Below, piece after piece: positions 35,734 through 44,728 of a stretch of DNA of 64,000 nucleotides (positions within the stretch are counted from its first letter, which is position 1; every line of letters begins with the position of its first letter). Made by a program: the position numbers and the translations under genes. The DNA is from an uncultured candidate division Zixibacteria bacterium. GTDB taxonomy: Bacteria; Zixibacteria; MSB-5A5; GN15; FEB-12. A model generated the notes under the pieces. It was not told the DNA's origin and ran no database searches. It worked only from the letters and a program-made list of their open reading frames with translations. The stretch is from assembly GCA_963664195.1 (NCBI GenBank), contig OY760907.1, positions 2,016,001-2,080,000 on the forward strand, in the 5' to 3' direction.

Positions 35734-37404
35734 CTACTGTTCCGTTTTCTGTACGCCGATGATCTCGCCTTCGACGCGGGCAACCAACTTCTTTAACCGT
35801 GGAGACTTCTCCATCAGTTCCTTTGGATCAACCTTCTCTGTCTTCTGCTGACCGTTTCCACCCTTGTTGTCTGTTTTGCAGCGGTCAATAGCCAGCTTCA
35901 CTTTAAGCGCGGTCCGATAGAATTCACCGAGACATTTCTCGATTGCCGCTATTTTTTCTGGTTTGTCAATCAGTCCCAGGGCTGCCTCGCCGGAGGTGCC
36001 GAACTCCAATACCAGCAATCCTTCGGTCAGTGATTTTACGTCCGCCAGACCCAATTGGGGAGCGATCATCGGACGGGACTGCTTGAGATGCTTCAGGAAC
36101 TCCTTCCAGTCTTTTTTCACTTCTGCCAATTCAACCCGGCGAGTATCTACCGGTTGTGGCTGTGAGGAAGGAGCCGCGCTGCTGCGGGCTATCGGTGCTG
36201 TCGGAGCCGACGGGGACGCCGCACGATTGGTGCGGCGATTATTGCTCTGTGCGGGGATCGGCCCGGTCGGAGCTTGACCGTCGAGACGCGCGAGGATTTC
36301 CTCAAACCTGACAGTCGATTCAAGCTCGGCCAACCTGACGGCTGTCGTTTCAAGCAGCAGCCGTTCATCCAGTCCGGCTTTGATGTCTTTGAACAGGTCG
36401 CCGACCAGCCGCATCATGCGGAGGATGTCACCGACCGTGAAATACTCCAGTTGCTTGGCAAAATCGGTTACGTCCGACCGGCTCAGATCAAGAAGCTCTC
36501 CTGCTTCAGGAGTAGACTTCAGAATCATCAGGCTCCGCAGGTGATCAAGCAGTTCGACAATGAAGTCTGATATTTCAACGCCGCCGTCGAACAAGCCCTT
36601 GATCAGCACCAGCACTTTGCGACGGTCTCCCGCCGCGATGGCATCAACAAAATCAAACAGGAACTGGCGATCAACCAAACCGAGTGCATTGACGACATCC
36701 TGTTCGGTAATCGTATTTCCCGCGAATGCCGTTATCTGGTCAAACAGCGAGAGCGAATCCCGCACCGATCCGTCCGCCTTGCGAGCCAGCAGCTTCACCG
36801 CCGCCTTGTCGATGTCAATCGACTCACGACCGGCGATATCCAGAATGTGCGCCGCCAGATCATCGGCTGAGACGCGACGGAAATCAAACCGCTGCGTGCG
36901 AGAGAGAATCGTATCCGGCACTTTGAGCGGCTCCGTAGTCGCCAGTACAAAGATCACGTGTTCCGGCGGCTCTTCGAGCGTCTTCAGCAATGCATCAAAG
37001 GCAGACCCGGACAGCCGGTGGACCTCGTCGATGATGTAGATGCGCTTCTTACCACTGGTAGGCAGATACCGCACATTCTCGCGAAGAGTGCGCATGTCAT
37101 CAACGCCAGTATTCGAGGCAGCATCGATTTCGAGGACATCAAGTGATGTGCCAGCCGAGATCTCGACGCATGCAGGGCACTTGCCGCACGGTTTTTCTGT
37201 GGGGCCGTTTACGCAGTTGACGCATTTCGCCAGCAACCTCGCACAGGTTGTCTTACCCGTTCCGCGCGGTCCCGTGAGCAGGTACGCAGAGGCTATCCTG
37301 TTGTTCTTCAACGCATTACGGAGCGTGCGCGTAACGTGCTCCTGCGCCACAACCTGATCAAAGTCCTGTGGACGGTGCTTTCTGGCAAATACGAGATAGC
37401 TCAT
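35734..37404 (-). CDS. dnaX: DNA polymerase III subunit gamma/tau
   Basis: ARKHRPQDF, GPRGTGKTT, EIDAASN, IIDEVH, LLKTLEEPP. Confidence 0.97.
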   Translation of the reverse strand: MSYLVFARKHRPQDFDQVVAQEHVTRTLRNALKNNRIASAYLLTGPRGTGKTTCARLLAKCVNCVNGPTEKPCGKCPACVEISAGTSLDVLEIDAASNTGVDDMRTLRENVRYLPTSGKKRIYIIDEVHRLSGSAFDALLKTLEEPPEHVIFVLATTEPLKVPDTILSRTQRFDFRRVSADDLAAHILDIAGRESIDIDKAAVKLLARKADGSVRDSLSLFDQITAFAGNTITEQDVVNALGLVDRQFLFDFVDAIAAGDRRKVLVLIKGLFDGGVEISDFIVELLDHLRSLMILKSTPEAGELLDLSRSDVTDFAKQLEYFTVGDILRMMRLVGDLFKDIKAGLDERLLLETTAVRLAELESTVRFEEILARLDGQAPTGPIPAQSNNRRTNRAASPSAPTAPIARSSAAPSSQPQPVDTRRVELAEVKKDWKEFLKHLKQSRPMIAPQLGLADVKSLTEGLLVLEFGTSGEAALGLIDKPEKIAAIEKCLGEFYRTALKVKLAIDRCKTDNKGGNGQQKTEKVDPKELMEKSPRLKKLVARVEGEIIGVQKTEQ

Positions 37405-37575
37405 AAGAAACCAATATAAGCAAAACAGTCAGTCGGGGGAATCAGATTCTTGATTAGCCACTACCTTGGCGGAGTGATACACGTCGAATGTGACAGCGCG
37501 ATTACGCTTGACATGCAACCGCCGGATAACGTCTTATACTGGTAAGCACTACACCTTACTGCGAGGCGGAATCCA

Positions 37576-38151
37576 TTGAAGCGAAATACCTGCGTATCGT
37601 TGATTTTCGTAATCATTCTGAGTTGTCTGGTGATTCCGCCAACAATGGCAGAAAACCTGGTGAATCGGCGGCCTACGAGGGGCGTTTTTGGAGTCAAGGT
37701 GGGGATTCTCAGCGAGGGAGCTTTTAAAGCTGATTACCGCCGCGAGACAGATCTGGCAGCTTCCGGTGAGGTCTTTGCCGATCTGCCGTTGTTCCGCAGG
37801 ACCTACTTTGCGATTGCATTCGATTTTCACAAGATCGAAGTTGGTCAACACGAGCAGTTTATGCTCGATGCTGCCGCCGGTTTCAAGACAGTCATTGTGC
37901 ATCGACGCCTCGATATGGAATTCAAACCGTGGGCTACGGTGGGCATGGGCCATCTGAACAAGATCAATTACTACGGTGAGACCAATTACTTGTCGATTAA
38001 GCTCGGTTTTGAGACGCATTTTGCGATTTCCCGCAAGACCTCCTGGCTGGTGGAACTGACAACGCTGTACTGTCCCGTTGGGGGGAACAGAGAATACAAT
38101 GTGATCTACGGCCCGGTGTATATGATTAGGTTTGGATTGGCCCTCAGGTAG
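37576..38151 (+). CDS. Outer membrane beta-barrel protein 1 (type A)
   Basis: Signal peptide; FGVKVG first strand; alternating hydrophobic strands. Start codon uncertain. Confidence 0.7.
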   Translation: MKRNTCVSLIFVIILSCLVIPPTMAENLVNRRPTRGVFGVKVGILSEGAFKADYRRETDLAASGEVFADLPLFRRTYFAIAFDFHKIEVGQHEQFMLDAAAGFKTVIVHRRLDMEFKPWATVGMGHLNKINYYGETNYLSIKLGFETHFAISRKTSWLVELTTLYCPVGGNREYNVIYGPVYMIRFGLALR

Positions 38152-38260
38152 CAGGCAGATCGCACCTCACACATTCATCGCATTTCGGTTGTCAAATCGT
38201 CCTCAGTGTGTTACATATAGGATCAGAGAAAACGGACAAGCCGGTTGATGAATTATCTGA

Positions 38261-38857
38261 ATGAAGACAACACCGACAAATAGAACAATTGCACTCTTTG
38301 CGCTGATGGCGTTGTTGTTTGTCGTGACAGGACTTCATGCCGATGATACACCGGACCTCGAGCGATTCACCGGAGTCAAGGTGGGGCTGAACACCGCGGG
38401 CGACGTCAAGATCGAGAGTGTTACCGGCGAGCAGAATTCCGGTTACAATCTCTGTCTTTTTGCTGATTTTCCTGCCGGTGGCCGCCTCTACTATGGTAGC
38501 GCCATTCAGGTTCTCCGGATGAGATGGAGCGTCCATAGCGACAGCCTCAGTTATGAAGAATCTGAAACGCTCCTGGACATCGGCATCACGATGAAGGCGT
38601 ATATCGGGAAGCCTGACCGGGGCTTGGTCCTGAGACCGGGATTCAAGATCGGTTATGGAACGATGCGCCGTCGGGGGACACTCAACGGGACTAATTACTT
38701 GACCCTTCAGGCGATGCTGGAACTGATGTATTTGCGCCCGAATGCCACCGGTTTTCTGATTGATGCCGGGGTATGGTCGGCGCCTTCGGGGGGAGATTCC
38801 GAGGTTGATATCAACGTCGGCCCGCTCGCTTTTATCCGCATTGGTATGACTTTTTAG
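38261..38857 (+). CDS. Outer membrane beta-barrel protein 2 (type A)
   Basis: Signal peptide; GVKVG, LLDIG, RPG..IGY; ends RIGMTF. Confidence 0.75.
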   Translation: MKTTPTNRTIALFALMALLFVVTGLHADDTPDLERFTGVKVGLNTAGDVKIESVTGEQNSGYNLCLFADFPAGGRLYYGSAIQVLRMRWSVHSDSLSYEESETLLDIGITMKAYIGKPDRGLVLRPGFKIGYGTMRRRGTLNGTNYLTLQAMLELMYLRPNATGFLIDAGVWSAPSGGDSEVDINVGPLAFIRIGMTF

Positions 38858-38887
38858 ACACACACAATTGATTCCGGGGAGGATTCA

Positions 38888-39550
38888 TTGAATAGGACAC
38901 GATTACTCGCACTTGCTACGACACTTCTTCTGCTGCTCTGTCTGGCTGGTATGGTGGCGGCTGAGAGACCCAAGTTGGGATTCAAAGTAGGCACAGCCTT
39001 GGCCGAAAGAGACCCCGATTGGGACCGTAGCTCTCAACTCGGCCTGACCTTCAGCCTGTGCTCGAGGGCCTCAATCACTTCTGTGCTTTCAGTTCGCCTT
39101 GAGGCGCAATTTGTGCAGAAGGGCTGTCATACGGACATTTACCGCTGGGATATTGATTTCAACAACGGTCCGACTGAATATCACGATGACCATCGGGAAC
39201 GTGTGGACTATCTGTCAGTACCGATTCTGTTTGAGTTATCTCTGCCGGGCAGGCAGCATTCCAGCACTCCTTACGTGTTTGTCGGCCCACATGTCGATAT
39301 TCGGTTGAGTAAGTTTGCACTCGATCGGCCCAGGATGGTTCGCGACTACAAGGGAACCGTTTTGGGGGGCACAGCCGGTCTTGGAATGCGGTTGTCGCTT
39401 GGCAATGGCAGAGTGTTGATCGGTGAGTTCGGCTACCAATGGGACGTTTCAGATGCAGTGGAGTCCGTGTGGTCGTACTATCCGGGTGAGGAACATCGGT
39501 CGACGCAAAAGAACAGAGCCTTCGTGTTTACGCTTGGCTATGAGTTTTGA
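38888..39550 (+). CDS. Outer membrane beta-barrel protein 3 (PorT-like)
   Basis: GFKVG, FVQKG, DYLSVP, GP; ends LGYEF. Confidence 0.8.
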   Translation: MNRTRLLALATTLLLLLCLAGMVAAERPKLGFKVGTALAERDPDWDRSSQLGLTFSLCSRASITSVLSVRLEAQFVQKGCHTDIYRWDIDFNNGPTEYHDDHRERVDYLSVPILFELSLPGRQHSSTPYVFVGPHVDIRLSKFALDRPRMVRDYKGTVLGGTAGLGMRLSLGNGRVLIGEFGYQWDVSDAVESVWSYYPGEEHRSTQKNRAFVFTLGYEF

Positions 39551-39580
39551 CAACCGTTGGGCAACAGGGGTGGTGAATCC

Positions 39581-40231
39581 ATGAATCGAAGAACGCAGCT
39601 AATCGTAATCCTCAATTTGTGTCTGGTGACATGTCTGGCTTCATCCTCAATGGGAGGGACCACGCGGTTCGGATTCAAGATGGGAATTACATCAACCAAT
39701 CTGGTAACTGTGGAATATCCGGTGTCAATCTACCTGAAAGACCGCGATCTGGCAGGAACTGAATTCGCGCTTTTCCTAGAAGCACCCATCCTCTCGGATG
39801 TATCCTTGAGGTGGGAACTGGCGTACGTGCAGAAGGGTTGGTCCGTGGAGTTGGCTAGCGGTCATCCCCGATATGGTGTCGAGGTTGGCGAGATCGTATA
39901 TCGGAGTCGCGTCACCTATATCTCTGTGCCTCTTCTCGTGAGGGCTACAGTCCCCTTCGTCTGGGAAGGAATGTACTTGTTGGCTGGTCCTAGAGTGGAT
40001 ATTTGGATTGGTCACTTTTCAGACAAGGCCGCAGGATATCCGACGGCGGAGTACTGCGTCGATATTCTCCACGGAGCTACGCTTGGAGTTGGTCAAGAGT
40101 TCCCTTTGGGGGGGCTCGGCACAGGACTCTTTGAGCTGAACTATCACCACGATTTCTCTGTGGCCTATGAAACGCGCATGTTGGAGGCGAAAAACAAAGC
40201 CTTCGCCCTGATGCTCGGATTCAAATTCTAG
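39581..40231 (+). CDS. Outer membrane beta-barrel protein 4 (PorT-like)
   Basis: FGFKMG, YVQKG, YISVP, AGPR; ends LGFKF. Confidence 0.8.
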   Translation: MNRRTQLIVILNLCLVTCLASSSMGGTTRFGFKMGITSTNLVTVEYPVSIYLKDRDLAGTEFALFLEAPILSDVSLRWELAYVQKGWSVELASGHPRYGVEVGEIVYRSRVTYISVPLLVRATVPFVWEGMYLLAGPRVDIWIGHFSDKAAGYPTAEYCVDILHGATLGVGQEFPLGGLGTGLFELNYHHDFSVAYETRMLEAKNKAFALMLGFKF

Positions 40232-40255
40232 ACAGTTTCGCAGGAGGTTCGATAG

Positions 40256-40909
40256 ATGACCAAACGTTTTGACAGGTTCACGGCAGTCGCGTTTACACTC
40301 GCGCTGCTCTTCTGTCTGGCGGCCAGTGTAAGCGCCGGACCAAAGCAATTCGGCGTCAAAGCGGGTATTACACTCGCCGATCAAGACTACGAATACCTGG
40401 CTCTCGATTGGGAGGACGAACGGGATTATAAAGTTGGACTTACTATCGGTATGTTTGTGGACGTTCCGCTAACCTCGTTCCTATCTTTGCGTCCCGGAAT
40501 GGAGTACGTACAAAAGGGCAGTGACCTGTCGCAGGTGATTCAGTGGACCAATGAGTCCAGCCCTGAGATTGTCGGCGACAGTACGATTGAGTTCTCGGAT
40601 CGCATCGACTATCTATCCATCCCGATCCTTGCCGAACTCACTCTGCCGACCAATACGTATCTCGTGCTTGGTCCGAGGCTGGATGTCAAGATCGGCTCAT
40701 CGTCTGAAACCGCTTCGATATTCGCCGATGAGTTCAAGTCAGTTGTGTTTGGCGGTACGGTCGGTATCGGGCAGGAATTCATGCTCGGGTCGCTTGGACC
40801 GATGCTACTGGAGTTCGACTACCATCACGACTTCAGCAAAGCCCTCGACAACAGTAACCTTGAAGTGAAGAACAAGACCCTCGCGTTTGCGCTGGGGTAT
40901 CGATTCTAG
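40256..40909 (+). CDS. Outer membrane beta-barrel protein 5 (PorT-like)
   Basis: FGVKAG, YVQKG, DYLSIP, GPR; ends LGYRF. Confidence 0.82.
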   Translation: MTKRFDRFTAVAFTLALLFCLAASVSAGPKQFGVKAGITLADQDYEYLALDWEDERDYKVGLTIGMFVDVPLTSFLSLRPGMEYVQKGSDLSQVIQWTNESSPEIVGDSTIEFSDRIDYLSIPILAELTLPTNTYLVLGPRLDVKIGSSSETASIFADEFKSVVFGGTVGIGQEFMLGSLGPMLLEFDYHHDFSKALDNSNLEVKNKTLAFALGYRF

Positions 40910-40947
40910 AAAACAGAAACCGATCTCTGCCGGGGGAATAATTACCG

Positions 40948-41535
40948 ATGTTAACGAAAACTCTCAGACTATCACTCGTGCCAGCTTTGTCGCTAGCTAC
41001 TCTGGCCGTGAGCGCATTGGCGGGCGACATGCCTCAGCGCAGCGGCGCGTTTGGCATCAAAGGCGGGCTGTTCGGTGACGGTACGATCGATATTGCTTCC
41101 AAGCACATCGGCGGCTACGTAGGAGACTTTGAGACCGACGGAAGCTATAGCTTTGGAGTGTTCTTCGAGCGGAATATCTACTCTCCGGTGCGAGCGGTTC
41201 TCTCGGTCGACATTCACGATGTCAAAACCATCACTGAGAATCAGAGCCTTCTGGATATTGCGGTTGGGTTGAAAGGACATATCGGACTCCCCGAATCTCC
41301 GTTCGTAATCAGACCGGGAGTCTCGGTCGGGTACGGCTACCTTCAGAAGTTCGGGTGGCTTGAGAACAGTCACTACACGACGCTCAAGGCTGCCGCTGAG
41401 TTTGCCCTGTGTGGGCACAAGGGCACGGGTGTGTTGTGTGGAGTCGGGCTACTATGGGCACTTTCGGGTGGGAATGATACCTACGATATAACCGGCGGAC
41501 CGATGCTTCTGACTCGAATAGGTCTTCTGATGTGA
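40948..41535 (+). CDS. Outer membrane beta-barrel protein 6 (type A)
   Basis: FGIKGG, LLDI, RPGVSVGY; ends RIGLLM. Confidence 0.75.
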   Translation: MLTKTLRLSLVPALSLATLAVSALAGDMPQRSGAFGIKGGLFGDGTIDIASKHIGGYVGDFETDGSYSFGVFFERNIYSPVRAVLSVDIHDVKTITENQSLLDIAVGLKGHIGLPESPFVIRPGVSVGYGYLQKFGWLENSHYTTLKAAAEFALCGHKGTGVLCGVGLLWALSGGNDTYDITGGPMLLTRIGLLM

Positions 41536-41564
41536 ACTTACCGCATTATGAAAGATGAACAACA

Positions 41565-42197
41565 ATGACGCGATTCTTCAAGAACACAACAACTCTGTTT
41601 CTGCTGTCTTTCCTGATCTCCGGCAACTTGATTGCCGGAGATAGCCTCGAACGCAAACCGCTTCTGTCCTTCAGGGCAGGAGGAGTCCTCGGCTCCGAGA
41701 TCGAGTACCGGGGTGTTGCCTCCGACTACGATCCTTTTTGCCTGAATCCCGATACGCCCGGCGAACCCAGGATTTTTGCCTGCGACCCCAGCTTCTCGCT
41801 TGGCGGAGCGCTTGATTTCCCGGTTGCCCGGTTTCTGTCTCTGGGAGTGGCGATAGATCTCAATCATATGTCGTTTGGCCCCAGTGACAAAACCTGGGCT
41901 GTGATATGGTCTGCTCACGGTCTGTTTGGGCCTCCGAGGAACCTCGAAAAAGTGGCTATTCGCCCCGGAATCGGTGTCGGATACAGTGCCTTCCAAGATT
42001 CGCCGGCAGGAAGGGACAGCGATCATCTTGTGTTAAAGGGTTTGGTTCAGATAGGTTGGGAATCGAGGGAGAAGATAGGCTGGCTGGTGGAGGGAGCCGT
42101 TTTTGCCTTCGGATATCGTGATATGGACCCCGATCCACCCACGGTGAACGTGCGCCCCAAACCACAGATTGTTTTCAGAGCAGGAGTGGTTTTCTAG
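41565..42197 (+). CDS. Outer membrane beta-barrel protein 7 (type A)
   Basis: Signal peptide; RPGIGVGY, LVLK; ends RAGVVF. Confidence 0.72.
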   Translation: MTRFFKNTTTLFLLSFLISGNLIAGDSLERKPLLSFRAGGVLGSEIEYRGVASDYDPFCLNPDTPGEPRIFACDPSFSLGGALDFPVARFLSLGVAIDLNHMSFGPSDKTWAVIWSAHGLFGPPRNLEKVAIRPGIGVGYSAFQDSPAGRDSDHLVLKGLVQIGWESREKIGWLVEGAVFAFGYRDMDPDPPTVNVRPKPQIVFRAGVVF

Positions 42198-42353
42198 CCC
42201 ACCGGGAGCCCTCCATTTGTGGTAGAGCGACGGATGCCTTCAGAGGTGCAAAAAATCCTTGGCTTGCCGAGCTTATTTTATTATCGTATGGCCCCCTTCT
42301 GAGAAGGGGGAAAGACAAGACCTAGACTCCGCCTGAGGCGGATTTTCGATATT

Positions 42354-42426
<73 letters not shown>

Positions 42427-42478
42427 TTAAGTTTTGTTGGAATTTGTGTTCTCGCCGTGGGGTGAGAAATCGAAGCTG

Positions 42479-42743
42479 AAGTGCTAGACGGGGAGCCAGC
42501 GGTGCCCTGTAACCCGGAATCCGCTATACCGGGGTTGAATTCCCACCCGAGGGCTTAGCGAATCTGGTGTATTGACGGATAAGCGGCGTTGACGGCTGGG
42601 TCCTGTACAACATCAGCCTTTCGAACTCGGTCAGGACCGGAAGGTAGCAGCCGTAGAAAATTCCTGGTGTGTGTTGCGGGAGCGCCCGGCCTGAGTTGGC
42701 TGTTTGAATATCTCCTGAGGAGCGGTTCGGAGGTGGGTGCACG
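42479..42743 (+). ncRNA. ffs: Signal recognition particle RNA, large bacterial type with Alu domain
   Basis: 5' GTGCTAGACGGGGAG..AGCGGTGCCCTGTAACC..AATCCGCT Alu domain; helix 8 GTCAGGACCGGAAGGTAGCAGC; 3' GTGCAC closure; followed by a terminator. Confidence 0.93.
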
Positions 42744-42752
42744 TTAAACTCG

Positions 42753-42789
42753 AAAGCCCTCCGGTCTTAAATGACCGGAGGGCTTTTTT
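42753..42789. terminator. Intrinsic terminator, probably bidirectional
   Basis: AAAGCCCTCCGGTC-loop-GACCGGAGGGCTTTTTT between convergent units. Confidence 0.85.
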
Positions 42790-42832
42790 GTGCTGGACGG
42801 TTTGCACTCCTTGGCCTTGGTACCGTACCTCG

Positions 42833-44296
42833 CTATTTCAATAGCATCATCTTGCGAACTTGCGAGTACTCTCCCGTCTGCAAACGATACAGGTACATCC
42901 CGGATGCAACAGCGTTTCCGCTGCGATCGGTCCCGTCCCAGACAACCTCGTGGGTTCCGGCCGGTACCGTCGCATCCTTCAGTGTTTTCACTAGTTGTCC
43001 CGTGACATTGACGACCGTGATTCTCACTTCGGAACGTCGGGGGACCGTATAATTGATAGTCGTGGAAGGATTGAACGGGTTGGGGTAATTGGCCGCAAGC
43101 GCGAACCCGTCGGGAAGATTGCCCTCTGCGATATCTCCGACATCCATAGCCGCGTCGCCGATTTTCATCAGGTAGAACTCCTGGTAGCTCGATTCGCCGT
43201 CCCTCACCCCTGTCATCACAAAATCGCCGTCGTAAGTCTGGACGGTACAGTGGGCTTGCTCGTGTCTGAGGGTACCAAAAGATGCTGTCCAGAGCGTATC
43301 ACCCGCTTCGCTGAGCATCACGCCAAGAAAGTCGCGGCCGAAACCGTAATTGGTCAACCAACCGGCGCAGAAGTAGCCGCCCTCGTTGCATTCCAGAACA
43401 GAACGGATATCCATCGACTCCAGGGTTTGGGTCCAGAGCGTGTCGCCGAGAGAGTCCGTTTTGACAATCCATGCGCCGTTGGGAGAGACTGAACTGCTGT
43501 AGCCGGCCAGTACAAAACCACCGTCGCTAGTCGCCGCTGCTGAATAGCAAGGGTCAACAGAGTTCCCACCGTACCTCTGGTTCCAGAGTTCCGTCCCTGC
43601 ATTGTCGGTCTTGACAAGCCAATAATCCCGTAGGAAGGGCTGATAGTTGTCATAGTACGAACCGGCCAGTGCCAGGGTACCGTCGGCCAGTTCCATGACG
43701 CTCCATCCTTCGTTAGACTCCGCACCGCCGTAACTCCTGCCCCACACCGTGTTGCCGTCAGAGTCCAGCTTGGCCAGAATCAGGTTGCGACTCAACCCTG
43801 ATTCGTAGCGGTAGCCGACAGCCAGGATACTGCTGTCGGCCGTTTCGGTTACACCGTAGAACATACCGTTTGCGGCCCCGACGGTTCTGGTCCAAAGCGT
43901 GTCGCCGGAGGCGTCGGTCTTGACAACAAATGGATAGTATTCAACACCCCACCGGCCGTGGTAACCTGCCATGACAAAAGAGCCGTCATGGGTTTCTACC
44001 ATTTCGTTGGCCGACTGTCCGAGAGAGTCACCGATTGTTCTGGTCCAGAGCGTGTCCCCGTACGCGTCTGTGCGGACCAGCCAGATGTCCGAGTAGACTG
44101 CCCCGGGGCCCATGGTCATGCCGCAGATAGCCAAACCGCTGTCGGCCGTTTCGACCACACAGATAGACGAATCATGTCCTTCAGGACCGGGTATCATTCT
44201 CGTCCAGAGTGTATCGATGGTCTGTGCCGTCAGGCAAGACGGCAGTATCAGGATGCCTAGCAGCACGACTGCGGCGAGTGATTTGGTGGCTTTCAT
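42833..44296 (-). CDS. Secreted beta-propeller-repeat protein with FlgD-Ig/T9SS-like C-terminal domain
   Basis: Repeats of W.VKTD..GDTLWT; tail ANYPNPFNPSTTI..WDGTD..VASGMYLYRL..RKMMLLK. Confidence 0.88.
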   Translation of the reverse strand: MKATKSLAAVVLLGILILPSCLTAQTIDTLWTRMIPGPEGHDSSICVVETADSGLAICGMTMGPGAVYSDIWLVRTDAYGDTLWTRTIGDSLGQSANEMVETHDGSFVMAGYHGRWGVEYYPFVVKTDASGDTLWTRTVGAANGMFYGVTETADSSILAVGYRYESGLSRNLILAKLDSDGNTVWGRSYGGAESNEGWSVMELADGTLALAGSYYDNYQPFLRDYWLVKTDNAGTELWNQRYGGNSVDPCYSAAATSDGGFVLAGYSSSVSPNGAWIVKTDSLGDTLWTQTLESMDIRSVLECNEGGYFCAGWLTNYGFGRDFLGVMLSEAGDTLWTASFGTLRHEQAHCTVQTYDGDFVMTGVRDGESSYQEFYLMKIGDAAMDVGDIAEGNLPDGFALAANYPNPFNPSTTINYTVPRRSEVRITVVNVTGQLVKTLKDATVPAGTHEVVWDGTDRSGNAVASGMYLYRLQTGEYSQVRKMMLLK

Positions 44297-44662
44297 AGTA
44301 CCTCCCGAGCGAGAATCAGGGTAATGATTACAAATTCAGTTCCATCGCGATGTGTCAAGTTCTGGTAGTGCTCACGGGAAACTAGCAATAGGCAACACGC
44401 CTGTCAATCTAACAATTGACCGGTCGGTATGTTATGCCTCCTCACGAATTCATTGCTAAAATAGTCCAGACTCGCTATATTTCAGGCAGACGACAAATAT
44501 CACACCAAAACGGGAGGGAAGATCATGCGGATTCCGCCCCGATGCCGCATCCGTTTGCGCCTGCCCGTCGAAGGAGGGGTGCGAACCAGATTACTCCCAC
44601 CCGACGCCTCGCTACGATCGCTCTGGGCGGGGTATCGAAGAGCTTGTCCCAGAATCGTCTCC

Positions 44663-44691
44663 TTGACAATCCATCAAACAGCCGGTATATT
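44663..44691 (+). promoter_or_regulatory. Sigma70-type promoter
   Basis: TTGACA-N17-TATATT upstream of ATG 44729. Confidence 0.65.
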
Positions 44692-44728
44692 ATTCTCGTC
44701 TATAAAGAAAACGCACGGAGGGGATGCT

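Noticed and set aside
36106..36120. dnaX -1 frameshift site (A6G run near codon 430)
   Set aside because: The run is phased AAA-AAA-G rather than A-AAA-AAG, and no immediate -1 stop or clear stimulatory hairpin was seen.
37576..42197. Integron cassette array
   Set aside because: Most spacers are only about 24-38 bp, with no attC-like inverted repeats and no integrase; the genes are paralogs.
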